A DNA stretch of 64,000 bases from a virus (taxonomy: Duplodnaviria > Caudoviricetes). Location: positions 1 through 64,000 of IMG/VR virus record IMGVR_UViG_3300029305_004474; one strand, 5' to 3'. The position numbers and the translations under genes were made by a program. Below, one piece after another: positions 48,026 through 58,806 of this stretch. Within the stretch, counting starts at the first letter, position 1. The number at the start of each line of letters is the position of its first letter. Under the pieces are notes generated by a model that ran no database searches, was not told the origin of the DNA, and saw only the letters and a program-made list of their open reading frames with translations.

Positions 48026-51000
48026 ATGACTATGCTTTTTAAAAGTTTAGTACCACTCACCTTATATCAAGGACAGAAGGATTGTCCTACTCCTAAAGGT
48101 GAACCAATAGGAAAAGGTGAGATGATTTGTTTATTGAGTCCTAATACAAATGCTACTATAAACCTCCTTACTAGTGGTTTTTTAGACTACGGCGAAGGTT
48201 TATTTAAGAAGCTATATATGGACTATGCATATTATGAAACGATTGGAACTGTTCCAGTCAGAGAAAGGTTAGATACTGATGAAATTAAAAAGATAAATGA
48301 AACCAAATTCCCTAATGAAATGGATCTTATCCCTAAAGGCGGTTTGAATACTATCCTTAAAAGTGAAAGAAATTTTATTTTTGATTTTGGAAAATGGAAC
48401 GAGATTTATTTTACTTATAGAAGAAAGACTACCCCTCTTAAGATGAGTAATGATTATATTTCATTCATATATAAGAAGATATCTTCTGATTTATATGATA
48501 AATATCACAAGACTATCTTTATTGACGTAGCTGCGTGGAATAAACAAATAGGAGCAAAGATGGCATTATCTACTAGCAATATTAATAATCCTATTGCTAT
48601 TCTATTATTTCTTTTATACAAGAATCCAGATGCTCTTACATTCATTCGAAGATTTGATTTTATGATTTTTAATTCGTCCAATGGTACTATGACATATATT
48701 CCTGGTAATTACTTAACCAGCGAAAATTTCTCTAAAATAAAAAGTAGATTATCTTCTATTTGTGGAACTGAACTAGAACCTGAGAATATTGAAGATTTGG
48801 ATGCTGAAGCTGAAAGAGTTGCTCTTAGTATAAGCGGAGATATGTCAGCAGATAAAAAAAGGGAAATGCGTGTTCGAAAGAAACTTAGAGAAAGAATCTC
48901 TAAGAATTTTGAAGATTACGTTCCTGAGAATGAGCTTATCAATATTGAAGATGATGACATGTACAGATCTGAATATGAAGAAGATGAAGAAACTGGGGAT
49001 GAAGATAATTTAGAGAAACAGTTTGTGCTTAAACAGAGTAAAGATTTTGAGGACGATAAAGCAGATGAAAAATCTATTGAAGATCAAATTGAAGATGAAA
49101 TTGATAAATTGATTGCAGAAAAAGGTTTAGACGAAGCCGAATTAATTGCTAATGATGAAAGCGATATTCAAGTTAATCAAATGGCTAGATCTGCCGCTAA
49201 AGTTATTTATAAAAACACATTTATTCCAGAATATACTAAAGTTCAATTAAATAGAATCGATAGGTTAACTGAAAAGCAGAATAGTATTATTAGACCTAGA
49301 AATGCCAAAGAGAAATTAGAAGCTCTTAAAATTGACGAAACCTCATTAGAAGGTGCAGTTGATATTCCTACTAAAGAATATTTACATCCTAAATTCTCAA
49401 ATTTTGATAAGTCGTATAACAATAAGAAACTTGAAAGAGATCTTGATGAATCTGTAGCAATATTATCAACTGCTAGAAAGAAGATATTTGTAACAGATTT
49501 AAAGGTTGAAGATACATCAGATCAGATGACTCTTAAAGAAACTAGAACTTACCATTTAGAAGATGAAGATGGTAAAAAGATGAGTATAAAAATAGATGTG
49601 CCTAAAGTTTTTGATAATCATTATGTATATATTGGAGGTAACAAAAAGATTTTAGGTCATCAGATTATCATTCTTCCTATTATAAAAAATAAGTCAGATG
49701 AAGTAAAAATTAATACTTTTTATAATAAATCTATTCTTAAAAGAAAAGGTAGGGAGGATGCTAGTGCTTCTCCATTATTAAAATATCTTATGAAAAATCA
49801 AAAGAAGTTTGATGTTAAATTGGGTAATGGCGAAAGAACTAATGAAAACTATTTAGTTCCATTAGAATTTTCCTTAATTGGGAAGAGAATATACACATTT
49901 AATATTGGAGATTATAAGGTAAATACTTCAGTAGATATGCTATGTGAAGAAATGAGACAAAGTGGAATTAGTTTTAAGAAACCTACAAAAACTGTATATC
50001 CTATAGCATATAATACGGCAAAGAAAGAAATTGTTTATTTCGATGCAGAAAAAGATTCTTATGCAGAAAAGTTATTAGGATTATTAGGAGAAGATATTGA
50101 AAAAGAGATTAGAAGAATGGGTATTTCTACTAGACAATTCTATGCTACATGTGAAATTATGCAAGAGACCATACCTTTAGCCCTTTTAATTCTTCATGCA
50201 GTCGGATTGACTGAGATGCTTAAGAAAGCAAATATCAAATATGAATGGATTCCTAGAGACGATGAAGCTAAAAAGAAGCTAAAAGAATATCATCCACATG
50301 ATTATGGTAGAACTGAATTAGCCGATGGTACTATTGTATGGTCGAGAAAACCAGACGAGGCTGCATTTCTCATGAATGGTATTAATAAAATCAATTTTGA
50401 TGCATTCACACGAGAAGAAATGGATGATAAAGATACATTTATTTTTACCCTCAATAAGTACTATGCACATTCTAATATGTCATATAATATTGATCAGTTT
50501 ACTGATTTTATGGTAGATCCGGTAAGCAAAGAAATATTAGAGCATTATGGCTATCCTACAAACTATATTGACTTATTAATATTAGGAAACAAGATGCTTA
50601 CTAAAGTAGATTATATTCCAGAAACTGATATTCGAAATCAGAGAATTCGTAGTAATGATATTATTGCTCAATATACCTATAAAGCTATAGCAAATGCGTA
50701 TAATGATTATCGTAAGACCGCTAATAATGTACATCCTAAACCTATTAGTGTCAAACAAGATATAGTTATGCAAAAAATATCTACCAATAGCACTACTGAA
50801 GAAGCATCAATTATTAACCCATATTTCGAAATAGATAGAATATTCGGTGCTACATTTCACGGTGAAAACGGTATTAATGAAGCTAGAGCATTTAGTGTTG
50901 GTAAACGTGCGTTTACTGAGTCTATGTTAGGCATAATTGCACCTGTTACCGATAACGCTGGTAATGTAGGTATTAACAGATATCTTACACTCGAACCTAA

Positions 51001-52351
51001 TCTTGTAAATACAAGAGGTATTATCGATATTAAGACGAAGAAAGATTTGGATGATATGAGTGCTACTCAGTTATTATCTCCTAGTGAATTACTTACTCCT
51101 ATGGGTGTTGAACATGATGATCCTGCACGTATGGCGATGGCTGTAAAACAGTCAAGAGTAATGATACCAGTAGATGCATCTGAACCAGGTATGATTTCTA
51201 ACTGTATGGACAAAACTCTTCCTTATTATCTTTCTAAAGAATTTACCGTGGTTGCAGAAGATGATGGTGAGGTAGTTGATGTTAAAGGAAATCTTATCGT
51301 AGTCAAATATAATAATGGAAGATATCAGACTATTGATACATCACCTCAAATGAAGCATAATAGTGATGCAGGTTTTTATATTGAAACTCAAATGCAGTGT
51401 GATAAGAAAAAGGGAGATAAAGTAAAGAAGAATGAAATTATAGGTTATGACAAAACTGCATTTAGTAAGAATAATAATGATTTGGGTGCTACTATGACTA
51501 GAGGTCCTGTTGCCAAAATGGCTATTGTTCCTAGATGGGATTGTTATGAAGACTCTGTACCTATCAGCGAAGGTTTATCCGAAAAGATGGCTTCCACTAT
51601 GGTAATGGAAGAAACCGCTTCAATCAAACCTAGTATGCCTATTCATTACATAGTTAAAGTAGGAGACACTGTTAAAACAGGTGAACCTCTCATAACATTT
51701 GATCAATATTCACAAGATGAAGAAGTACAAGCATTTATGAATATTATTAGAGATAAACTTAGAAGCGATGGTGATGCATTTATTGAAAATTCATCTACAA
51801 GTGTAAAGGCTCATTATACAGGTGAAATAGCAGATATAAAAATATTCTCTACTGTTCCTTTGGAAGACATGTGTCCTGAGACTAGAGCAGTTGTGGAAGC
51901 TTATTATAAGCAAATTGATGATAAGATTAAAGTTCTTAAGAAATATCAGAATCCAGGAGATAATGACTATTATACAAGTGGTCAGAGAGTATCTGAATTT
52001 CCAGAACCAGTTAAAGCAAATTCAACTGGATTTATTAAAGGTGAAAGGGTTGGAGATGAAGGTATTGTATTCTGTTTCTATATAAAGTTTAAAGATTATA
52101 TTAAGAAAGGTGATAAGGTAACAGCAGAGTTTGCACTTAAGGGCATTAATTCTCAAGTATTTCCAGAGGGAATGGAACCTTATAGCGAATTTAGACCGGA
52201 TGAACCAATAGAATTTGTGCTGGCTCCACATTCTCCGCTGGCTCGAAAAACAAGTGGTGTATTCAAAACTATGTTTGTAAATAAATTGCTTATTGAAAAG
52301 AAGAGACAACTTATGGAGTATTGGAATAGCGTAAAAGATCAGTTGAAATAA
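48026..52351 (+). CDS. rpoB: Phage multisubunit RNA polymerase beta-like subunit (probably virion RNAP)
   Basis: TDNAGNVG, HDDPARMAMAVKQ, CYEDSVPISE, KVGDTVKTG, GDKVTAEFALKG, SPLARKT motifs of beta; late promoter. Confidence 0.9.
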   Translation: MTMLFKSLVPLTLYQGQKDCPTPKGEPIGKGEMICLLSPNTNATINLLTSGFLDYGEGLFKKLYMDYAYYETIGTVPVRERLDTDEIKKINETKFPNEMDLIPKGGLNTILKSERNFIFDFGKWNEIYFTYRRKTTPLKMSNDYISFIYKKISSDLYDKYHKTIFIDVAAWNKQIGAKMALSTSNINNPIAILLFLLYKNPDALTFIRRFDFMIFNSSNGTMTYIPGNYLTSENFSKIKSRLSSICGTELEPENIEDLDAEAERVALSISGDMSADKKREMRVRKKLRERISKNFEDYVPENELINIEDDDMYRSEYEEDEETGDEDNLEKQFVLKQSKDFEDDKADEKSIEDQIEDEIDKLIAEKGLDEAELIANDESDIQVNQMARSAAKVIYKNTFIPEYTKVQLNRIDRLTEKQNSIIRPRNAKEKLEALKIDETSLEGAVDIPTKEYLHPKFSNFDKSYNNKKLERDLDESVAILSTARKKIFVTDLKVEDTSDQMTLKETRTYHLEDEDGKKMSIKIDVPKVFDNHYVYIGGNKKILGHQIIILPIIKNKSDEVKINTFYNKSILKRKGREDASASPLLKYLMKNQKKFDVKLGNGERTNENYLVPLEFSLIGKRIYTFNIGDYKVNTSVDMLCEEMRQSGISFKKPTKTVYPIAYNTAKKEIVYFDAEKDSYAEKLLGLLGEDIEKEIRRMGISTRQFYATCEIMQETIPLALLILHAVGLTEMLKKANIKYEWIPRDDEAKKKLKEYHPHDYGRTELADGTIVWSRKPDEAAFLMNGINKINFDAFTREEMDDKDTFIFTLNKYYAHSNMSYNIDQFTDFMVDPVSKEILEHYGYPTNYIDLLILGNKMLTKVDYIPETDIRNQRIRSNDIIAQYTYKAIANAYNDYRKTANNVHPKPISVKQDIVMQKISTNSTTEEASIINPYFEIDRIFGATFHGENGINEARAFSVGKRAFTESMLGIIAPVTDNAGNVGINRYLTLEPNLVNTRGIIDIKTKKDLDDMSATQLLSPSELLTPMGVEHDDPARMAMAVKQSRVMIPVDASEPGMISNCMDKTLPYYLSKEFTVVAEDDGEVVDVKGNLIVVKYNNGRYQTIDTSPQMKHNSDAGFYIETQMQCDKKKGDKVKKNEIIGYDKTAFSKNNNDLGATMTRGPVAKMAIVPRWDCYEDSVPISEGLSEKMASTMVMEETASIKPSMPIHYIVKVGDTVKTGEPLITFDQYSQDEEVQAFMNIIRDKLRSDGDAFIENSSTSVKAHYTGEIADIKIFSTVPLEDMCPETRAVVEAYYKQIDDKIKVLKKYQNPGDNDYYTSGQRVSEFPEPVKANSTGFIKGERVGDEGIVFCFYIKFKDYIKKGDKVTAEFALKGINSQVFPEGMEPYSEFRPDEPIEFVLAPHSPLARKTSGVFKTMFVNKLLIEKKRQLMEYWNSVKDQLK

Positions 52352-52357
52352 AGCCAT

Positions 52358-52394
52358 AAAATAGGCTATGGATTTTAAATCCATAGCCTATTTT
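52358..52394 (+). terminator. Intrinsic terminator
   Basis: aaataggctatggattt/aaatccatagcctattt. Confidence 0.8.
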
Positions 52395-52728
52395 ATATAT
52401 AGAATTAACATATTTCACATTATAACAGCAAAAGAAATATATATACATATACAAATAAGATGAAGGTCATAAAAGAACCCATATAATCGTTTCGGTGTAA
52501 GTAATAAAAATTTTATAAGGAGTTCGTATGAGCTATGAAAAAATTAACAAAAAATATGCAATTTGGCAAGTACAAAAATCATGGTGAAATATGTTAATTT
52601 CCAAAGTAATTATTAACTATGTTATTTAAAAATCTTTCATCAATAATTACACTTATATATTATTTTCATATAAAAAGCTTAAAGCTGATACATTAAATCA
52701 AATAATATTTATAAGAAAGGAGAAAATA

Positions 52729-53379
52729 ATGAATAAAAGCGATTTTAAATCAAATTTATCTTTAGAATTATCTAATGATGAAAAAGAAATAGTGGATTCA
52801 ATGAATTATATCTCAAGTTTATATAATGAAAGCAAAGAGCCAGTAAAAATAATCGATCGTAGTTTTGGAAAAAATGTTGCTTATTGTGCATTTTATAAGA
52901 ATATCTTATATGCAATTTCCGAGTATAAGGAAAGAGTTGTACATTATATGGAAGAAAATCGGTATTGCTTAAATTATGAAATTAGAATTTATGATTTAGA
53001 TCATATTGCATTAATTGGTAATCCTGAATTATTTCTTTATAAATTTAATGGGGTTTATATAACCGAAAGAGATATTATAATGATAGAAATGAATCTCACT
53101 CCAATCGCTGACGAAATTGATGATACATATGATAAATTGTATTCATTAGTTAAAAAAATTGGTCAAAGTGGGAAAAAGAAAAAAACAATATCAAAATTAA
53201 TTGATGCATTGAATGCGTTAACAACACTAAAACTGGATTCTAAGTTTATGGAAGAATTAGAAGAAATAAATGGATTGGATAATAGTATCATTTATTGTCC
53301 GATAGATAAATATAATAACTATCTTAAAGAATATGAAGAATATTTCAATGCTTATAATAGATGGTTTTATAAGGATTAA
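52729..53379 (+). CDS. Hypothetical early protein
   Basis: 216 aa, SD aaggag, early core TATATATTAT 52654-52663. Confidence 0.7.
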   Translation: MNKSDFKSNLSLELSNDEKEIVDSMNYISSLYNESKEPVKIIDRSFGKNVAYCAFYKNILYAISEYKERVVHYMEENRYCLNYEIRIYDLDHIALIGNPELFLYKFNGVYITERDIIMIEMNLTPIADEIDDTYDKLYSLVKKIGQSGKKKKTISKLIDALNALTTLKLDSKFMEELEEINGLDNSIIYCPIDKYNNYLKEYEEYFNAYNRWFYKD

Positions 53380-53412
53380 TAAAGGTGGAAAGGTTCTAAC
53401 CTTCCACCTTTA
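53378..53412. terminator. Bidirectional terminator
   Basis: ataaaggtggaaggtt-ct-aaccttccacctttat. Confidence 0.8.
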
Positions 53413-53893
53413 TTTGTGGTTTATATACTTTTATAATTTCTAAAAGATGCCTTCCTAATATAGGCATTTGTTCGGGTGCTCTCCAGAAATTTGGAGCTTT
53501 TGTATTAGTACTCAGTTTTAGCGTATTCAAAATGCTCATGAAAGTATTAGCTTCTAGTGGAACCATTGCAAGAAAAGTGTCTTCAAAAAATTCTTTTACT
53601 TTATCTTGTAATAAGCAATAATAAAATCCTTGAATAGAATGTCTATCCCCGAGTACTGGCAACATATATAATACAAATGGCATGTTCATTGTATTTGTAG
53701 TTTCAAATAACATGAAATAGTCATACTGATCTTCCATATTCCAGTTAAGATATGCTCCTAAAAATTTAAGATTTGGGAATTTCTTAGGCATATCAGTAAC
53801 TATAGTCTTGAATAATTTCTTTCGAAGTTCAGGTTCTATTTTTTGATAATAATATGCCAACGGTACATCAAACTTCTTATTGACTTCTAGCAT
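53396..53893 (-). CDS. Hypothetical protein
   Basis: 165 aa, SD aggagg. Confidence 0.7.
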   Translation of the reverse strand: MLEVNKKFDVPLAYYYQKIEPELRKKLFKTIVTDMPKKFPNLKFLGAYLNWNMEDQYDYFMLFETTNTMNMPFVLYMLPVLGDRHSIQGFYYCLLQDKVKEFFEDTFLAMVPLEANTFMSILNTLKLSTNTKAPNFWRAPEQMPILGRHLLEIIKVYKPQIKVEG

Positions 53894-53976
53894 TTGTGTA
53901 TACCTCCTATGCTTTTTAATTAATAAGAAGTTATAGATGAGTAGTTAAAATAAACCTTTGACAAAGGAGATTTCTT

Positions 53977-55083
53977 ATGAAAAAATCTAAGAAGAAAAAA
54001 GATTCGAATATTATGACATTTATGAAAGATCATAATATTCAAGTTATCCCAGAAAATAAAATCCCTAATGCAAAAGATATAAAATTTATATTAGTGCCTA
54101 TGATAGGTTTTGATACAGTAGGATATTTTCATATAAAAAATAAAGAAATTATGAGTTTTAAAAGAGCTACTGTCTCCTATCAATTTTCAATTGAGTACTA
54201 TACCGATGGTATTGGTAATGAATATACAGTAACCATGGATGAGTATTCTGAAGAACTTCGCTCAATTACAAAATTATGTAATATGCTTTATTCATTTGAA
54301 AGATATGAAAAAGTGATGATGTTAGAAAATACTTATTTGTTGGATAATGTTCCAAGTGAAATGGTAATCTATCCAGTATACTTTTATATGAGTTTGTATG
54401 ATGAAGACGATAATATTATTTATAATATATCTATTAATCCATCTATGAATGGAGTAGAAAAAAGTTCATTGATTGATGAGATGAAAAGAGATATATTTGG
54501 TACGTTTGGGTGTAGATTTAAAGATCCTAGTTATATAGTGATTAGAAACAATCTGTGGAAAAAGATTAATAAATCGGAAATAAAAATGTCAGATATAGTA
54601 GGAGTATGTTCTTATATGACAAATACTGTAGTGTTTGTAGAAGCAAAAGAGTTGAACTGCTTATATGATTCAGTATCTTCATTATCTATCGAATTTGCGA
54701 TATTGGATATGAATGAATATGGTGATTATTTTAAAAATGGAGATTTTCTAGATCAGATGTCTATTGATTCGTGTAGTGGTCTCATGGATACAAACATAGA
54801 ACCATATAAAATGGCATCTATATGGGTAAATGACAATGATAGTATCTTGGGCATGATAGATAATTTAAAGTCATATGCTTTAATTCTTAATTCATTTATA
54901 GAATTACTATACAAATTCTTTAGCGATAGATATAAGAAAATGAATTTGATGCCATTAGTTATAATTCACAATGAGTTACTCAGTAACTCATTAAGAAATC
55001 ATTCAGATTTTTTCGTCGGAAATGATATATTGAATATAGAATCATATATTAGTATGATACATGATTTGCAGGAATATTTATAA
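53977..55083 (+). CDS. Hypothetical protein, paralog family member 1
   Basis: 368 aa, SD aaggag; shares layout with next two ORFs. Confidence 0.7.
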   Translation: MKKSKKKKDSNIMTFMKDHNIQVIPENKIPNAKDIKFILVPMIGFDTVGYFHIKNKEIMSFKRATVSYQFSIEYYTDGIGNEYTVTMDEYSEELRSITKLCNMLYSFERYEKVMMLENTYLLDNVPSEMVIYPVYFYMSLYDEDDNIIYNISINPSMNGVEKSSLIDEMKRDIFGTFGCRFKDPSYIVIRNNLWKKINKSEIKMSDIVGVCSYMTNTVVFVEAKELNCLYDSVSSLSIEFAILDMNEYGDYFKNGDFLDQMSIDSCSGLMDTNIEPYKMASIWVNDNDSILGMIDNLKSYALILNSFIELLYKFFSDRYKKMNLMPLVIIHNELLSNSLRNHSDFFVGNDILNIESYISMIHDLQEYL

Positions 55084-55100
55084 AACGAAAGGAGAATATT

Positions 55101-56177
55101 ATGAAGAAAGAACGAGATAATGTAATACTTATGTCATACAGTGGCTCAATTAAATATATGAGATTAGAAGAATTTATGAAACTGACTGATAGGAAGAAAT
55201 ATCAATACATTCTTTTTCCAAATATTGATGATGCCAATTATATCATATGCATGAATAGTAAGATTATGGATATGCTTCATGGTTATATACGATATAATAT
55301 GAGTATTTATTCATATACAGACGAATCTGTTGCAGAAGATGATCCCAGAGAGTTTAAAGATGAACAAAGAGAACAGATTATAGAGGTTGAAAATTGCTAT
55401 GATTTTTATAGTGCGTTATACAGTATACTCAAACTAAGATACGCTATATATTTATTACATGATACATTTGTAAATTCTGACGAAGATATTAATGGATTTT
55501 CTATTGATGATTTATACGCGGAAGTAACATTATCCGATAATTCGGTTATTAAATATGAATGGAAATACATCGATAAAATCAGTATATTTAGTAATTATGA
55601 TAAACTATGTAAAGGGATATCTATTGCATTTAACGTTCCTTGGAAAGATTTTAGATCTACTGAAGATGTATTTAGAATTAAGAACGATGATTGGGATCTC
55701 ATTCATTATACTAAAATAAAGAAAGATGATTTAATAGGATTTATTAGTCAGGATACATTGGCAGTTCAATTTATATCTATAGATATGAACTACGCATACT
55801 TCTTTGATTCACAAATAGATATCGAAATTTATGGAGCCGAAATAGACGAAATAAAAAAAGAGTATCCAGACATTAAGAAATATAAGCATGATGGAGCATA
55901 TCTTAATCGAATAGATATTGGTAATTTTATGAGGGTTGTGATGTGTTATATGATTTCTTTATCAGTTGGCAGATCCCCAATAGAAAAAGCTCAGATTATA
56001 TCTAACATGATTTATTTATGTAAATATATAGAAGCTTTATCATCTGAATATTGTGGTATGCATACTATAGATGAAATGATATGTTTAATACGTATGACAT
56101 ACGATAAATACACAAAGTATGATTGTAAACGAGGTGAAGTGATTTTGAGTAAGTATAATACAAATATTTTTAGATAG
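55101..56177 (+). CDS. Hypothetical protein, paralog family member 2
   Basis: 358 aa; IKNDDWDLIHYTKIKKDDLIGFIS aligns with IRNNLWKKINKSEIKMSDIVGVCS of member 1. Confidence 0.7.
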   Translation: MKKERDNVILMSYSGSIKYMRLEEFMKLTDRKKYQYILFPNIDDANYIICMNSKIMDMLHGYIRYNMSIYSYTDESVAEDDPREFKDEQREQIIEVENCYDFYSALYSILKLRYAIYLLHDTFVNSDEDINGFSIDDLYAEVTLSDNSVIKYEWKYIDKISIFSNYDKLCKGISIAFNVPWKDFRSTEDVFRIKNDDWDLIHYTKIKKDDLIGFISQDTLAVQFISIDMNYAYFFDSQIDIEIYGAEIDEIKKEYPDIKKYKHDGAYLNRIDIGNFMRVVMCYMISLSVGRSPIEKAQIISNMIYLCKYIEALSSEYCGMHTIDEMICLIRMTYDKYTKYDCKRGEVILSKYNTNIFR

Positions 56178-56188
56178 GAGGTATTTCG

Positions 56189-57127
56189 ATGTACGTTGGA
56201 TTAATGGAAAATGGAAAATACGAAATTCTTAAGTCTGATAAAGATATCTTTAATAATAAAAGTAGATATAAACTTTGTATATTTGATTGCTCCAGTAGTT
56301 TAAAAGGACCAGCTCATGTAATTGTAAAATCTAAAGATATTAGATACTTACCAGATGAACTTAGAATAGAAGTAACCGTCAATATAATCAATCCCAATAG
56401 TGGATTATCGTATATAGATTCTGTTAAATTAGACTATGAAATCGAAAATTTAAGCATGTTGTACTCGGTAGTTAGCAATATATATCAATATGATTTATTT
56501 AATGCTTATATGGCAGAAATAACATATGATTTAGATATTGTCGAATATACTATGATGATTGAAGATATACGAATATTTCATACAAAATCTAATAGTGATA
56601 CTACTCTAACATTCAAGTATTATTACGATGTACCTTGTGATTTTCTTGACAAATTTTTAAAAAGTGTAAATATGAATGTAGTAACAGATAAAGTGTTTAA
56701 AATCCATCAGTATCTTATACTTGATACTGATGGATTTTGGTATTTCGCAGAAAAAGTTCCAAGCACTGCTAAATATATAGGTATATCTATAGGTGGGAAT
56801 ACTATGTATTTTATAAATTATAAGAAATATAAAAGAATCAATAAAGTATCTACTATAGAAGTATCTATAGGTGGCATAGGATTATACGAAGTTTCAGAAT
56901 ATGATCAAATATTCACATTTTATGAATGTTGCTTAAATTATTCGGCACTTATAGTTATACCACAATATATTCTTTTATTTATCAACTTTATTAATCCAAA
57001 TATTCTAATATATACTTCCATAACATTAGATGATGGCACAGAATATAAACTTACAACTTCTACGGATGAATTAATGAAGTATGGATATAGTTTATTTAGT
57101 ATTATTGATAAATTAACTAAAATATAA
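56189..57127 (+). CDS. Hypothetical protein, probable paralog family member 3
   Basis: 312 aa; similar W...IGIS...TMYFI pattern. Confidence 0.65.
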   Translation: MYVGLMENGKYEILKSDKDIFNNKSRYKLCIFDCSSSLKGPAHVIVKSKDIRYLPDELRIEVTVNIINPNSGLSYIDSVKLDYEIENLSMLYSVVSNIYQYDLFNAYMAEITYDLDIVEYTMMIEDIRIFHTKSNSDTTLTFKYYYDVPCDFLDKFLKSVNMNVVTDKVFKIHQYLILDTDGFWYFAEKVPSTAKYIGISIGGNTMYFINYKKYKRINKVSTIEVSIGGIGLYEVSEYDQIFTFYECCLNYSALIVIPQYILLFINFINPNILIYTSITLDDGTEYKLTTSTDELMKYGYSLFSIIDKLTKI

Positions 57128-57144
57128 TTTTATAGAAAGGAGAA

Positions 57145-57381
57145 ATGTCAATGAAGCAGTATGAGAACGATGTAATATTAAATATAGCAAACGAACTGAA
57201 AATCATTTCAAGCAAATACAAATATAATTTTAATAAAGAGTCTGAGAAAATAGTTTATGATGTTCTTGCATCTGATGGTATTAGAATAATTAATATCTCT
57301 GTATCTAAAGATAGACCAATTGTTAATGCTATAATTCGAGTTCCTGCTGTGATTTGTGAGGTAAATTTAAATGATAGGTGA
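57145..57381 (+). CDS. Hypothetical protein
   Basis: 78 aa, SD aaggag. Confidence 0.6.
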   Translation: MSMKQYENDVILNIANELKIISSKYKYNFNKESEKIVYDVLASDGIRIINISVSKDRPIVNAIIRVPAVICEVNLNDR

Positions 57382-57856
57382 ATTTAATAGGCAAAATCCT
57401 TATGTTGTTCAGATTATGGAAAACATAGAACCTTTAGCAGCATTAACATTGGAAACAACTAAAGGTTTCACTATTAATTTTATACTTGGTAGTGTAGTGG
57501 GTGCATTAGCAACTGTATCATCAATTGGATTTAAGATTGGATGTGATAAATTCATTTGTATATATATAGCATATGTATGGATTATAGTTTCATTATTTAA
57601 ATATATTATGAAGCGTAATCCAAATGCGGAGGCTACACGAATTATATACGGAAATCAGTATGAAAATATTTATGTGAATAATGAATTGCTTCTGGAACTT
57701 ATCGAAGATATGGCAGGATTTAAAAATTCTTTAATTGTGTTCGATGAAGCATGCCGTCTCATGTATAAAGCATATTTGATATTGAATTGCGTACTGATAG
57801 CGATTCCGTTTATTACACCATTAATAATAGGAGGTATAAAAATATTATGGGATTAG
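57371..57856 (+). CDS. Membrane protein (about 3 TM)
   Basis: Hydrophobic segments FILGSVVGALATV, ICIYIAYVWIIVSLF, LILNCVLIAIPFITPLII. Confidence 0.7.
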   Translation: MIGEFNRQNPYVVQIMENIEPLAALTLETTKGFTINFILGSVVGALATVSSIGFKIGCDKFICIYIAYVWIIVSLFKYIMKRNPNAEATRIIYGNQYENIYVNNELLLELIEDMAGFKNSLIVFDEACRLMYKAYLILNCVLIAIPFITPLIIGGIKILWD

Positions 57857-58773
57857 GATTAGAAGGGATGAAGTCATTATTTGGATCCAAGAAAAATGAA
57901 ATGCGAGGAGTAACTCTTAGTCAGCTTTTAGTTAATAATGATGGATTTCCATTAAATTACTTACCACAGGTGAGACATTTAGATGGTCAAGATTACATTA
58001 AGACCACTGCAAATGGCAATGATGTAAATAATATGCCAGTATTCTATAAATGGATTTTTATAAATACGATCGATTTATCAGCAACCCCTGACTCTAATTT
58101 AGAGTATGCACGAATTCCAGAATCAGGATATATTATGAGAATTATGCAACGTTCTTTATTACCATATCACGAAAACTTTGTAATTGATTATTTTGAGAAT
58201 ATTAATTCAATTAATGTTATTACATTAGATCAGGAAACCAGAGCACAATATGGTTATCAACAAGATAAGGCATATCGAACATTTAGAATAGGTGATAGTG
58301 CAGTTCCTAAGCAATTAAAAGATGAAATCTTTAGCTATCCAGATGTATTCTTTAAAGCTTATATAGAGGAAGCAATTCCACCTAGTTTGCTTTATAATGA
58401 ATCTGGCTCTAGTTCGAATCACATTTCTGCGTATGGTGGAAGTTATACAAATAATAATAATGGATATAATAATCATATTGATATGAATATTATGTCACAC
58501 GGATTAAAATCTCCTACAAGCAAGAGTGTGAATAATAGTCAATATTCTCCATCGGGTAATAGACCAAAAGCTCCAAATAATGGTAGGGTATATTATCCTA
58601 GAGGTACAAATATGAACGCCAATACGATTCAAAATAAAATTAATCAACAGGTTGCATCACAACATAATATGTATGGGGGTCCAGCTAGAGGGGAACATAT
58701 TCAACCTCAGAAATCAACAAATCAATCTAAACCATTATCAATTAGTGAAACTGGATTTAGATATCAGATTTAA
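57847..58773 (+). CDS. Hypothetical protein with N/Q/S-rich disordered C-terminus
   Basis: Likely start ATG 57847 after ggaggt; 308 aa. Confidence 0.65.
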   Translation: MGLGLEGMKSLFGSKKNEMRGVTLSQLLVNNDGFPLNYLPQVRHLDGQDYIKTTANGNDVNNMPVFYKWIFINTIDLSATPDSNLEYARIPESGYIMRIMQRSLLPYHENFVIDYFENINSINVITLDQETRAQYGYQQDKAYRTFRIGDSAVPKQLKDEIFSYPDVFFKAYIEEAIPPSLLYNESGSSSNHISAYGGSYTNNNNGYNNHIDMNIMSHGLKSPTSKSVNNSQYSPSGNRPKAPNNGRVYYPRGTNMNANTIQNKINQQVASQHNMYGGPARGEHIQPQKSTNQSKPLSISETGFRYQI

Positions 58774-58806
58774 AAAAAGGCAGGTGTTATTATACACCTG
58801 CCTTTT
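58772..58806. terminator. Bidirectional terminator
   Basis: aaaaggcaggtgt-tattat-acacctgcctttt. Confidence 0.8.

Noticed and set aside
48026-52351. Group I introns or inteins, as known in RNAP genes of related phages
   Set aside because: Reading frame is continuous, with no LAGLIDADG/HNH or intein terminal motifs seen; same for the two helicases
52528-52587. 19-codon ORF MSYEKINKKYAIWQVQKSW with SD aaggag
   Set aside because: Too short, with no clear promoter or other support; possibly a gene remnant
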